A DNA stretch of 46,305 bases. Source: Candidatus Magasanikiibacteriota bacterium (GTDB lineage Bacteria; Patescibacteriota; Patescibacteriia; Magasanikbacterales; UBA922). This document shows positions 33,207 to 44,766 of the stretch, one piece after another. Under the pieces are notes generated by a model that did not search any database, was not told where the DNA came from, and was given only the letters and a program-made list of their open reading frames with translations. The stretch is taken from positions 1 through 46,305 of the forward strand of contig JBDRSF010000022.1 of assembly GCA_043825135.1 (NCBI GenBank). Direction: 5' to 3'. Made by a program: the position numbers and the translations under genes. The stretch's first letter is position 1. Every line of letters starts with the position of its first letter.

Positions 33207-34442
33207 TTATATTATCTTTTCCACTCTCGATGCCTCCAACCTCTCAACCACCGCCAACTCTCCCACCAACGGCTTAACATAATCAACAAACATCTGCGTC
33301 ACACCATTGTTTCCATCAATAAATTCGTCTGGCATTGGTTTGGTACCATTGGCAACCTGAGATAATTCAACCAATTCATAACTTATATTATAGTCATCAG
33401 TGCGTTTCATAACGACCGACCCATCCACATCACCACTCATGGCAAATTTAACTGCCTGCACACCAACTTCACGGGCTTCTTTTGAATCAACCTCGCTGAC
33501 AAAACCCGGAAAAGATCTTTGTAAAAAACCAAACACATCAGCACGCACCCTTTTTATATTCGTTTTTGTTTTAATTAAATCAACCAATAAATCTCCAAGT
33601 GCTCCTGTACCAGCCAAACGCACATTACCATGTGGGTCATATTCTTTTTCTTTGCACAACCGCGCCGCCATAGCTTCACCAGACCCATCATGAATACCCT
33701 CTGATACTGCCACAACACAATATCCATATTTATCATAAACACTTTGTACATCCTTGATAAACTGCTCCTCGTTAAAAGCTCTTTCTGGTAAATAAATTAA
33801 ATGGGGACCGTCTTCTGAACGCCTTTTTGCCAAAACTGACGAAGCGGTCAACCAACCAGCATGCCGACCCATAACTACACCAACATAAACACCACCAAAA
33901 GCCACAATATCCAAACTAACACCAATAAACGCACTGGCAACAAACTTCGCGGCCGAGCCAAAACCAGGGCAGTGATCAGTTACTAATAAATCGTTATCAA
34001 TTGTTTTGGGCACATGGATGACATGCAATTCATAATTTTCTGCCTGCGCCGCTGTATTAATAATTCCACAATTTGATGCCCCATCATTACCACCAATAAA
34101 AAACAGATATTTTATGTCATGTTTTTTTAAAATATCAAACATTTTTTTGCAATATTCATTATCTGCTTTATCGCGGGTGGAACCGAGCGCTGAGCTTGGT
34201 GTCTTAGCAATCAATTCTAATTTATCTATTGGATAATCTGTCAAATCAACAAAATCTTGTTTTATCACCCCGGCAATACCATGCTGAGCCCCATAAATTT
34301 TGGAAATTTGTGAATATTTTCTAGCCTCAAGCACAACTCCAACCAATGTTTGATTTATTACAGCTGTTGGTCCCCCGGCCTGAAGTACTAATGCGTTTGA
34401 TTTTGTAATATTATTCATATTTAAATTTTTACCATTTATCAT
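33207..34442 (-). CDS. 6-phosphofructokinase (ATP- or PPi-dependent; phosphoryl donor not resolved)
   Basis: AGGPTAVIN, IGGNDGASN and PKTIDNDL motifs. Confidence 0.9.
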   Translation of the reverse strand: MINGKNLNMNNITKSNALVLQAGGPTAVINQTLVGVVLEARKYSQISKIYGAQHGIAGVIKQDFVDLTDYPIDKLELIAKTPSSALGSTRDKADNEYCKKMFDILKKHDIKYLFFIGGNDGASNCGIINTAAQAENYELHVIHVPKTIDNDLLVTDHCPGFGSAAKFVASAFIGVSLDIVAFGGVYVGVVMGRHAGWLTASSVLAKRRSEDGPHLIYLPERAFNEEQFIKDVQSVYDKYGYCVVAVSEGIHDGSGEAMAARLCKEKEYDPHGNVRLAGTGALGDLLVDLIKTKTNIKRVRADVFGFLQRSFPGFVSEVDSKEAREVGVQAVKFAMSGDVDGSVVMKRTDDYNISYELVELSQVANGTKPMPDEFIDGNNGVTQMFVDYVKPLVGELAVVERLEASRVEKII

Positions 34443-34503
34443 TTATCATCTATCATTAATTATTTAATAAATGATAAACGATACATAATTATATACACTA
34501 TAA

Positions 34504-35292
34504 TCAATCATCTTTCCCCACATCTTGCCACCTTCCAGCAAAAACATACCCACACAATTTATTATCTCTTATTAGGATGGGTAAAATTTCCCTTTCAAAG
34601 CTGATGGTGTCTTTTTTAATATTATCCAAAAGTTTCGGATCCAACACATAAATTCCTGCATTTATTAGATAAGAGTTATGGTCCACTTTTCCAGGTTTTT
34701 CCAAAAGACTCACCACACTAAGACCACTCAAACCAACCACACCCCAACCCCCTGGTTCTTTTATACTGGTAAGGGCCATGGTGGCCATCTTTTTTTCTTT
34801 CAGATGAGTCTGAACTAAATCGTTTAAATCAATATCTGCCCAAACATCACCATACCATAATATAAATGGCTGATTATCAAAATTGTTTTTAGCACTAAAA
34901 ATAGCCCGAGCAGTGCCCGAACCAGGATCTTTTTGTTTTTGATAAGAAATTGCTACACCAAACTCACTGCCATCACCAAAATATTCTCTTATTTGTTTGT
35001 CACCATTGCCCACTACCATAATAATATGGCTGATGCCAAAATCTGTGAGCTTCTCTACAATATTATGCAGGGCAGGTTTCTTGTTGACTTTTTGCATGGC
35101 TCTGCAAACTTTCTCATTACAACTTTCTCCGGCTGACAAAACCAATGCCTGACTAATCTTAGGGCTAAAATATTTATTGAGAACATACTCAATGGCATGA
35201 GACCGATTGCGAATTTTTTTCTTATCTACAATGGAATCAAGATAGCGCAATATTTTTTGTTCCAAAGTGATAGTTAAACGAATTCTAGACAT
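34504..35292 (-). CDS. Ribbon-helix-helix (CopG/NikR-like) domain fused to a nucleotidyltransferase-like domain
   Basis: The N-terminus MSRIRLTITLEQKILRYLDSIVDKKKIRNRSHAIEYVL is RHH-like. The rest matches the NTP-transferase fold, but the G-loop reads LSAGESCNEK rather than GxGTRL. Confidence 0.7.
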   Translation of the reverse strand: MSRIRLTITLEQKILRYLDSIVDKKKIRNRSHAIEYVLNKYFSPKISQALVLSAGESCNEKVCRAMQKVNKKPALHNIVEKLTDFGISHIIMVVGNGDKQIREYFGDGSEFGVAISYQKQKDPGSGTARAIFSAKNNFDNQPFILWYGDVWADIDLNDLVQTHLKEKKMATMALTSIKEPGGWGVVGLSGLSVVSLLEKPGKVDHNSYLINAGIYVLDPKLLDNIKKDTISFEREILPILIRDNKLCGYVFAGRWQDVGKDD

Positions 35293-35557
35293 AAAATCAA
35301 AATTTAAAAACTGAAGTCCCCATCCGGATATTTATTTTCATAAAAAATATTAGGGGATAAAGTCGCAATCTCGTCCCGCCTGCCCGCCGAATTGGAGGGA
35401 CAATACGTCGGTATTTGGCTAAGTTATAATACTATCATATAGTATCATAAAAAAGAAAGGCGAGCAAGTAATTTAAAAAACCTCCTTTGGGAGGTTTAAT
35501 AACTATTTGTGCGGTACAGAAAGTTTTAAAATTCATTACACCTTTAAACTCTGTTTT

Positions 35558-35899
35558 CTATAACAAACTTTCCTTATCATCCAATTCTTCTTCGTCATCA
35601 AAATTTTCCAAATCATCTTTTTCAGCAACATATTCATCATAATCAATCTCACCACCCATAGCCTGATCCCAAAGTTCACTAGCTTCATAATCAAGTCGTA
35701 AATCGTCTACGTGATCAACATACCAACGCTCAAAAGCCACCCTCAGTTCTTCCTCATCAGAAGCACCCTCAAAAGCGTCTTCTAAAAGTGCATACTTTTC
35801 TTGGTGAGACATGGCCATGTCTTGTTCCAACTCTTCAAATAAAGCTTGGATGTGAGAAAGGACAGTATCCTTTGTCTTTTTGTATTGGTCTTCTGACAT
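35558..35899 (-). CDS. Highly acidic hypothetical protein, 113 aa
   Basis: Start moved to the ATG at 35899 (MSEDQYKK...). A terminator hairpin AAACCTCC/GGAGGTTT lies downstream. No family recognised. Confidence 0.5.
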   Translation of the reverse strand: MSEDQYKKTKDTVLSHIQALFEELEQDMAMSHQEKYALLEDAFEGASDEEELRVAFERWYVDHVDDLRLDYEASELWDQAMGGEIDYDEYVAEKDDLENFDDEEELDDKESLL

Positions 35900-36146
35900 A
35901 TTGTATTTTAATTTAATTTTATAATTTAAAATATAACATATTCTCAATAGATTGCAAGGGGGGTGAGGTGTGGATAAATCTCTACACATATCACATACCA
36001 CATATCACGTAACAAGATTGAATAAAAAGGATTATTTTGGTATAGTAATATCAAATGGTATGTGATACTTGATATGTGATACGTGCCATTTAGATGTTTA
36101 TATGTTTAGGCCGTCAGGCCGTGTGTTTAAGTGTTTATTTGTTTCT

Positions 36147-36947
36147 ATGTTATTAGTCTCCTGGAACGTCAATGGTATCCGTGCTGTTATCCGCAAAGGT
36201 TTTGTGGAATTTTTAAATGCAAAAAAACCTGACATAATTTGTTTGCAGGAAATTAAGATAGATGACAAAAGTAAGACTGAATTAAAGTTTTCCACCCAAG
36301 GCGGACCAGCCTCGGGCTGGGATTTTGCTGACTACGAAGAGTATTGGAACTCAGCGGAGCGCCCTGGATATTCTGGTACTGCTATTTTTGTGAAGTCAAA
36401 ATTAAAACTAAAACCAATTTATACTACTGGAATTGGAATAAAAAAAATTGATGAAGAAGGTCGTGTACAAACCTTGGAGTTTGAGAAGTTTTTTCTAGTC
36501 AATGCTTATTTCCCAAACACACGCCATGATTTGTCTCGCTTGGATTTTAAAATAGAATTTGATGAAGCAGTTTTGAAACATGTTAAAAAATTAGATAAGA
36601 AAAAACCTGTCATAATAACAGGTGACTATAATGCCGCCCATACTGAAATTGACTTAGCTAATCCAAAGGCTAATGATGGTGGCGCTGGCTTTCATCCAGA
36701 AGAAAGAAAGTGGATGACAAAATTTTTAGCATCTGGTTTCATTGACACTTTCCGACATCTCCACCCTAAAAAGATACAGTACTCCTGGTGGACTTATCGC
36801 TTTGGGGCTCGATCTCGCAATGTTGGTTGGCGCATTGATTATTTTTGTGTCAGTAAAAAATTAAAAAACAAAATTATAAAAGCGGAAATATGGGATGACG
36901 TAGAGGGATCGGATCATTGTCCGGTGACAATCACATTGTCATCCTGA
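36147..36947 (+). CDS. xth: Exodeoxyribonuclease III
   Basis: MLLVSWNVNGIRA...ICLQEIK...GDYNAAH...WRIDY...SDHCPV motifs. Start moved to the ATG at 36147. The final codons and stop fall inside a TTGTCATCCTGA repeat arm. Confidence 0.9.
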   Translation: MLLVSWNVNGIRAVIRKGFVEFLNAKKPDIICLQEIKIDDKSKTELKFSTQGGPASGWDFADYEEYWNSAERPGYSGTAIFVKSKLKLKPIYTTGIGIKKIDEEGRVQTLEFEKFFLVNAYFPNTRHDLSRLDFKIEFDEAVLKHVKKLDKKKPVIITGDYNAAHTEIDLANPKANDGGAGFHPEERKWMTKFLASGFIDTFRHLHPKKIQYSWWTYRFGARSRNVGWRIDYFCVSKKLKNKIIKAEIWDDVEGSDHCPVTITLSS

Positions 36948-37052
36948 GTGAGTCCGAACTCGCGTGAGGAGGAATCGAAGGATCCCTTTCAAAAAAATAA
37001 CGAAAGATAAATAGAGATATGTTGAGATAGGTGAGGATAAAGGTATATAAAA

Positions 37053-37110
37053 TTGCAACTCAGTTGCAATTTTTTTATACCTGTGTTATAATAATTGAAA
37101 CTCAGTTCCA
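37053..37110 (+). promoter_or_regulatory. Promoter with palindromic operator upstream of the Fur/Zur-like gene
   Basis: The palindrome TTGCAACTCAGTTGCAA (37053-37069) overlaps the -35 TTGCAA. 17-nt spacer, then TATAAT (37087-37092). A degenerate second copy, TTGAAACTCAGTTCCA, follows. Confidence 0.5.
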
Positions 37111-37129
37111 TTTTTTAATAATCAAAAAT

Positions 37130-37546
37130 ATGGCCAAAACTAGCAAAAAAAAGACAAACTGGCTAACAGATACCCTGAATAACTTAGGCCTAAATAAAAG
37201 CACTGTTAGAGAGCAGATTTGTCGGGAAATTTATCTACAAAAAGGTATTTTTTCTGCCAATCAAATAATAGAAAGAATTGGATTAGGCAAAGTTTCTGTT
37301 TACCGCAATCTGGAATTACTAGAAAAATTAAATCTTATCCGACCAGCTATAACTGTCAGGGGACAAAGATTTTATGAAAAAAATAATAATGCCAACCATC
37401 ATCATCATATTATTTGCACTGAGTGTTTAAAAACTTCTTGCATTGACTGTGCTGAACCCAAAATTAAAAGCAAGGAGAAATTCCAAAATATAAATCATTT
37501 ATTAATTTTTACTGGTATTTGTAATACTTGTGTTAAATCAAACTAA
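37130..37546 (+). CDS. Fur-family metalloregulator (Zur-like by context)
   Basis: Winged-helix N-half, then HHHHIICTEC...C..C and CNTC cysteine pairs. Immediately upstream of a ZIP transporter gene. Confidence 0.7.
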   Translation: MAKTSKKKTNWLTDTLNNLGLNKSTVREQICREIYLQKGIFSANQIIERIGLGKVSVYRNLELLEKLNLIRPAITVRGQRFYEKNNNANHHHHIICTECLKTSCIDCAEPKIKSKEKFQNINHLLIFTGICNTCVKSN

Positions 37547-37551
37547 AAAAT

Positions 37552-38325
37552 ATGCTTATCTGGTTTTATTCAATCGTGAGTGTCCTGGTTATTGGTTCAA
37601 TATCATTAATTGGTTTAGCCACTATTTCTATCAACGAAGAAAAGCTCAAAAAAGTACTTCTATATCTGGTTAGTTTTTCTACAGGCGCTTTGTTAGGCAA
37701 CGCCTTTATTCATTTACTTCCAGAAGTGATAGAGGAAAGCGGTGGTATGACTTTTTCTATTTCAATGTCAGTCTTGTTTGGTATTGTCTTATCTTTTGTT
37801 ATAGAAAAATTTATTCACTGGCATCATTGTCACCATACTCATTCAGCTAAATGTTTGGAAGAACATCACGCCCACAAAATTCAATCATTTGCCAAAATGA
37901 ACTTAATTGGCGATGCTGTCCACAACTTAATTGATGGTTTAATAATTGGTGGTAGTTATTTGGTAAGTTTTCCGGTTGGACTAGCTACAACCTTGGCAGT
38001 TATTTTGCACGAAATCCCCCAAGAAATTGGTGATTTTGGTATTTTGCTTCACGGCGGTTACACAAGGAAGCGCGCATTATTTCTAAACTTTGTTACTGCC
38101 CTGACTGCAATTGCCGGAGTAATTATTGCCCTTATTGCTAACCAATTCATTCCTCACTTAACCGCCTTTTTGATTCCTTTTGCCGCTGGTGGTTTTGTTT
38201 ATATTGCTGGGTCCGACCTAATGCCCGAACTACACAAAGAAACCAATAGTAAAAAATCTTTTTTCCAACTTTTGGCCTTATTAGCTGGTATTGCGATTAT
38301 GGCGAGTATGGTTTTGTTTGAATAG
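37552..38325 (+). CDS. ZIP-family divalent metal (zinc) transporter
   Basis: His-rich loop HWHHCHHTHSAKCLEEHHAH and ZIP signature HEIPQEIGDF. Confidence 0.85.
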   Translation: MLIWFYSIVSVLVIGSISLIGLATISINEEKLKKVLLYLVSFSTGALLGNAFIHLLPEVIEESGGMTFSISMSVLFGIVLSFVIEKFIHWHHCHHTHSAKCLEEHHAHKIQSFAKMNLIGDAVHNLIDGLIIGGSYLVSFPVGLATTLAVILHEIPQEIGDFGILLHGGYTRKRALFLNFVTALTAIAGVIIALIANQFIPHLTAFLIPFAAGGFVYIAGSDLMPELHKETNSKKSFFQLLALLAGIAIMASMVLFE

Positions 38326-38404
38326 ATTTTTTGAAAAAATATTATTACTCTGCAAGACTGTACAAGAAAACCAATATTAGTATGCAAACATAAAAAGTAA
38401 TTAC

Positions 38405-38520
38405 GTGTCATTGCGAGGAAGCCGATTCGCATCGGCTGACGAAGCAATCCCAGTCGTTTTTGGCTTAAAGACTGGGATTGCCACGTGTCTTCCGCTGCGC
38501 TCCAGCACTCGCAATGACAC
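38405..38520. repeat. MITE-like palindromic element, GTCATTGCGAGG family (second copy)
   Basis: GTGTCATTGCGAGG...GACGAAGCAATCCCAG...CTGGGATTGC...CTCGCAATGACAC. Confidence 0.7.
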
Positions 38521-38589
38521 CTATTCCACCGTTCTTGCTAGTCTAGAGCCTTACTAATTACTCCTCCCTAAAACAAATCTAATCTTATT

Positions 38590-39444
38590 ATGTTCATAAA
38601 TGACCTTGAACCTATTATCTTCCAATATAATTTCATCTCCATCCGCTGGTACGGATTATTTTTAGTTATCGGAATTATTTTATCACTTTTTATTATTACG
38701 AAATTATTTAAACAAAATAAATTAGATAAAGAATTAGCTTATGATTTGGTGGTGTGGCTGACAATTGGCGGATTAATTGGTGCGCGATTGGGACATATAA
38801 TTTTTTACAATTTATTTTACTTTTTAAAAAACCCAACAGAAATAATAATGATCAATCATGGTGGACTCTCTAGTCATGGTATGACGATTGGATTGATTTT
38901 AACATTTTGGCTGTGGCTTCGTCACAATTCTCCCCCCGTTCGGCCTGAGCTCACGACGAAGGCTAAAAAGGGGGAGTCAGAGGGGGTGTTGGCTTGGTCT
39001 TGGGAAAAAATAGTTGATCTAGTTGTTATTCCTATTCCACTACTCGCCGCCTTTATCCGTTTGGGAAATTTTTTCAATTCAGAAATTGTCGGCCGACCAA
39101 CTGATTTGCCTTGGGGAGTATATTTTTCCCGCTTTGGATTAGAACCGATCCTGAGACATCCATCGCAAATATATGAAAGTTTAATTGCCTTATCAATTTT
39201 TGTCTTTATCTATTTTATATATAAAAAATACAGTAATAAATTACCGCAACTTTTTCTAACCAATACTTTTATACTTCTTTATTTCTCAACTCGTTTCCTA
39301 ATTGAATTTGTAAAAGAATATCCGCTATATTTTGGCCTAACAACTGGGCAGTGGTTGAGTTTGCCGTTTATTTTGTGGGGGGTGTGGTGGTTTGTAAAAT
39401 ATAAAAAACCATGGAGGGACTATACAAAAACAAATATAAAATAG
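38590..39444 (+). CDS. lgt: Prolipoprotein diacylglyceryl transferase
   Basis: IRWYGLF...GARLGH...HGGLSSHG...RLGNFFNSE..G.PT.LPWG pattern. Contains one in-frame GC-rich insertion. Confidence 0.85.
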   Translation: MFINDLEPIIFQYNFISIRWYGLFLVIGIILSLFIITKLFKQNKLDKELAYDLVVWLTIGGLIGARLGHIIFYNLFYFLKNPTEIIMINHGGLSSHGMTIGLILTFWLWLRHNSPPVRPELTTKAKKGESEGVLAWSWEKIVDLVVIPIPLLAAFIRLGNFFNSEIVGRPTDLPWGVYFSRFGLEPILRHPSQIYESLIALSIFVFIYFIYKKYSNKLPQLFLTNTFILLYFSTRFLIEFVKEYPLYFGLTTGQWLSLPFILWGVWWFVKYKKPWRDYTKTNIK

Positions 39445-39696
39445 ACTCTACCAGATTGCCTAATTACAATTACAGTCAATCTGGCTATTATTTTGTAACG
39501 ATTTGTACGGCAAATCGTTTTTGTTATTTTGGCAATATAAAAAATAGTGAAATGATTTTAAACGAAAATGGAAAAATTATTTACCAAGAATTATTAAAAA
39601 CACCACAAATCAGAAAAAATGTAATATTGGATGAATTTATTATTATGCCAAATCATGTACATACTGTAATTATCATTGGTGAACAGACCCCTTGTA
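39411..39696 (+). pseudogene. Truncated RAYT/IS200-like HUH transposase (N-terminal half only)
   Basis: YFVTICTANRFCYFG and the HUH motif MPNHVHTVIII are present. Past 39697 the frame runs through REP hairpins and into the 5S gene, and no Tyr motif is present. Confidence 0.6.
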
Positions 39697-39871
39697 GAGA
39701 CGCATTCAATGCGTCTCCGGTTCGCGATAACACACCCGTAAAGACGCATTCAATGCGTCTCCGGATTACAACAAAACCAACATTATCGCACATATTATAT
39801 ATCACGTTATTGATATGTATGGTGTTTACAGAATGTATGGTGATATTAAGGAGACGCATTCAATGCGTCTC
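39697..39871. repeat. Three copies of the REP-like hairpin GAGACGCAT-TCA-ATGCGTCTC
   Basis: Copies at 39697-39717, 39742-39762 and 39850-39871. Each has 9-bp perfect arms and a 3-nt loop. Confidence 0.65.
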
Positions 39872-39886
39872 TACAGACAGACAGAC

Positions 39887-39913
39887 AATAAAACAAGGTT
39901 TTAACCTTGTTTT
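39887..39913 (-). terminator. Hairpin plus U tract downstream of the 5S rRNA
   Basis: Minus strand: AAAACAAGG, loop TTAAAA, CCTTGTTTT, then ATTG. Confidence 0.5.
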
Positions 39914-39927
39914 ATTTATCAAAAAAA

Positions 39928-40049
39928 GACCTTATCTTGGCGGCAACCTACTTTTGCCTTGCGACTATCATCGGCGCTAGTGGGCTTAACTTCTGTGTTC
40001 GGGATGGGAACAGGTGTACCCCCACTGCAAGAACCACCAAGATAAGGTC
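39928..40049 (-). rRNA. rrf: 5S rRNA
   Basis: The reverse complement contains CCTGTTCCCATCCCGAACACAGAAGTTAAGCCCACTAGCGCCGATGATAGT. Terminal helix GACCTTATCTTGG / CCAAGATAAGGTC. Confidence 0.85.
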
Positions 40050-40120
40050 TTCTTTTTTTCAATTTTATAGAGTTTTCAAGCTATATCGTCTTATTCAGCA
40101 CAGCTTTGTGTTTTCGCAGT

Positions 40121-43124
<3,004 letters not shown>

Positions 43125-43153
43125 ACTGCGAAAACACAAAATTGTGCTTCTTG

Positions 43154-43324
43154 TCACGTGTCCGCCCGAGGCGGATTTACGTGATTATTATGAAACCATA
43201 CGAAAAGAAATGGTTTCATATATTCACCACGTGATGACCGTAGTCATTTTACGTGATTTACCACAGGATAACCGTAGTTATCTCAATGTGATTTATCACA
43301 TAATGACCTTAGCCATTTATGTGA
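43154..43324 (-). repeat. Tandem array of five hairpins in the 23S 5' leader
   Basis: Units at 43154-43184, 43190-43219, 43224-43256, 43261-43291 and 43296-43324. Four share TCAC...GTGA outer stems with compensatory changes, around an inner hairpin. Confidence 0.5.
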
Positions 43325-43767
43325 TGCTTTACAGCCAGTGATTCTCATCAAACCACCGACCATAACTTGAACTCTATTAAATTGTAAAGGACCACTAATC
43401 TTAACACTGATCAACACTAATTTTTCAACCTTCCATTCTTTCACATAGATCTGCGCAATATCTGCTTACGAAGATTTATGTAAAAAATTTAATGCTATAT
43501 TTATCATGAGATTGCCCTATTCTTTAATAAATCACTCGACCGCGTAAAGTTCGCTCTGCTCACCACGCGGTTTCACTCAAATTGCTTGAGGCAATTTTTC
43601 GTGAAAAAAAGACTGCTAGCAAGCAGTCGAGTGACAATAAATTGCCCGCCCTAATTGCTTGGATTACTTGAGTATAATTTTATAGAAGTAAACATGTGTT
43701 TTTTCTAAGTTGTTATACCCAGAGGTCCGAGCTCGCTAGGACATGGTACGTTTTAGTACGCCTGACC

Positions 43768-43796
43768 ATTTTACTATATTCGCAAAATCTTGTCAA
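43768..43796 (-). promoter_or_regulatory. Candidate promoter for the 23S-5S unit
   Basis: Minus strand: TTGACA (43791-43796), 17-nt spacer, TAAAAT (43768-43773), about 640 nt upstream of the 23S. Confidence 0.35.
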
Positions 43797-43868
43797 GTTT
43801 AGGGTGTGGATAGGTTGTGGGTATTAAAAAACACCCAGAAAAGGAGTGCTAGTGACTGATTTATTTTT

Positions 43869-44189
43869 TCAATAATCACCCTTAACCCTTAGTACATTCT
43901 TCCTTGCTAGTTCATCATGTGAACAAATTTTTAACCAAATAATCTCAACACTGCCATTATTAACTTTCTCTACAAAGACAATTCTTCTCTTTTTATCTAA
44001 ACGTATTTCCCATATTTCATTACCAAACTTGTCTTTTACATTTCTTAATTTTTTTCTTCCTAGAAAATTATGATTATAATCTCTATTCATAAATTCTTTC
44101 TGCTTTTGTATCAATTTATTTGTTTTCGGATCCAGTTTCTTTAAATCACTTTGAAAACTTTTTATGAACTTAATTTCTATTTGAATCAT
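43869..44189 (-). CDS. RelE/ParE-superfamily toxin-like protein
   Basis: 106 aa. Pattern F.K.LKKL...GRKKL......IWEIRLDKKRRIVF......IIWLKICSHDE is typical of RelE/HigB-like toxins. Lies 9 nt downstream of the partner gene. Confidence 0.7.
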   Translation of the reverse strand: MIQIEIKFIKSFQSDLKKLDPKTNKLIQKQKEFMNRDYNHNFLGRKKLRNVKDKFGNEIWEIRLDKKRRIVFVEKVNNGSVEIIWLKICSHDELARKNVLRVKGDY

Positions 44190-44198
44190 AAAGATATA

Positions 44199-44714
44199 CT
44201 AACAAACACTATTTGCAAGAGCTTCTATCTCGTTCTTCAATGCCTCATTATCTAGTGAATATTCACAATCTTCTTCATCGTTCATCAATAAAGCAAGGTC
44301 TCGATCAATAATATCACCAAAATTTTCTGTCAAAATCCAAGGCTGCTGCTCATGAGAAATGCTCTCTAATTCAGCAGAAGTTAGGTGTCCATATTTTTTT
44401 AATACTTTATGCAGATGATCAAGCTCTTTTGAGGAAAAAATACTGACATCAGGATTCATTATAGGTTTGTGAAAAAAAACTCCACAACAATTATTTTTAA
44501 ATAAAATTTTATCTTTCTCCATTTCTTCAAATATCATTTTATAACCATGTACTATTGGCCCCATATTCGCTTTAGCATAACTGGCATCGCTAATAAATTT
44601 TTCATTATCTCTATAAAAATATAAAATTTTATTTAATTTCTTAATTCCCCCATCTACATAGTCATCACTATTCAATATGTAGAGAACTAAATTTTTGAAC
44701 TTATCACTATACAT
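44199..44714 (-). CDS. Panacea (DUF4065, SocA-like) domain antitoxin candidate
   Basis: IKKLNKILYFYRD...ANMGPIVHGY resembles the Panacea core (KLQKLLYF...GPV) as I recall it. Acidic C-terminal tail. Confidence 0.65.
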   Translation of the reverse strand: MYSDKFKNLVLYILNSDDYVDGGIKKLNKILYFYRDNEKFISDASYAKANMGPIVHGYKMIFEEMEKDKILFKNNCCGVFFHKPIMNPDVSIFSSKELDHLHKVLKKYGHLTSAELESISHEQQPWILTENFGDIIDRDLALLMNDEEDCEYSLDNEALKNEIEALANSVC

Positions 44715-44737
44715 ATAACAAAAATAAAAGATTAGTT

Positions 44738-44766
44738 ATCTTACCAAACTTATCCACAGTTGTCAA
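44738..44766 (-). promoter_or_regulatory. Candidate promoter of the Panacea/RelE pair
   Basis: Minus strand: TTGACA (44761-44766), 17-nt spacer containing TGTGGATAA, then TAAGAT (44738-44743). Confidence 0.45.

Noticed and set aside
39697-39980. C-terminal part of the 189-aa ORF 39411-39980
   Set aside because: It reads through three REP hairpins and 53 nt of the 5S rRNA gene, and it lacks the Tyr motif of HUH transposases.
43154-43324. CRISPR array or type III (ToxI-like) antitoxin repeat array
   Set aside because: The units are contiguous and degenerate with no unique spacers. No cas gene or toxin ORF follows on either strand, and the array is part of the rRNA leader.
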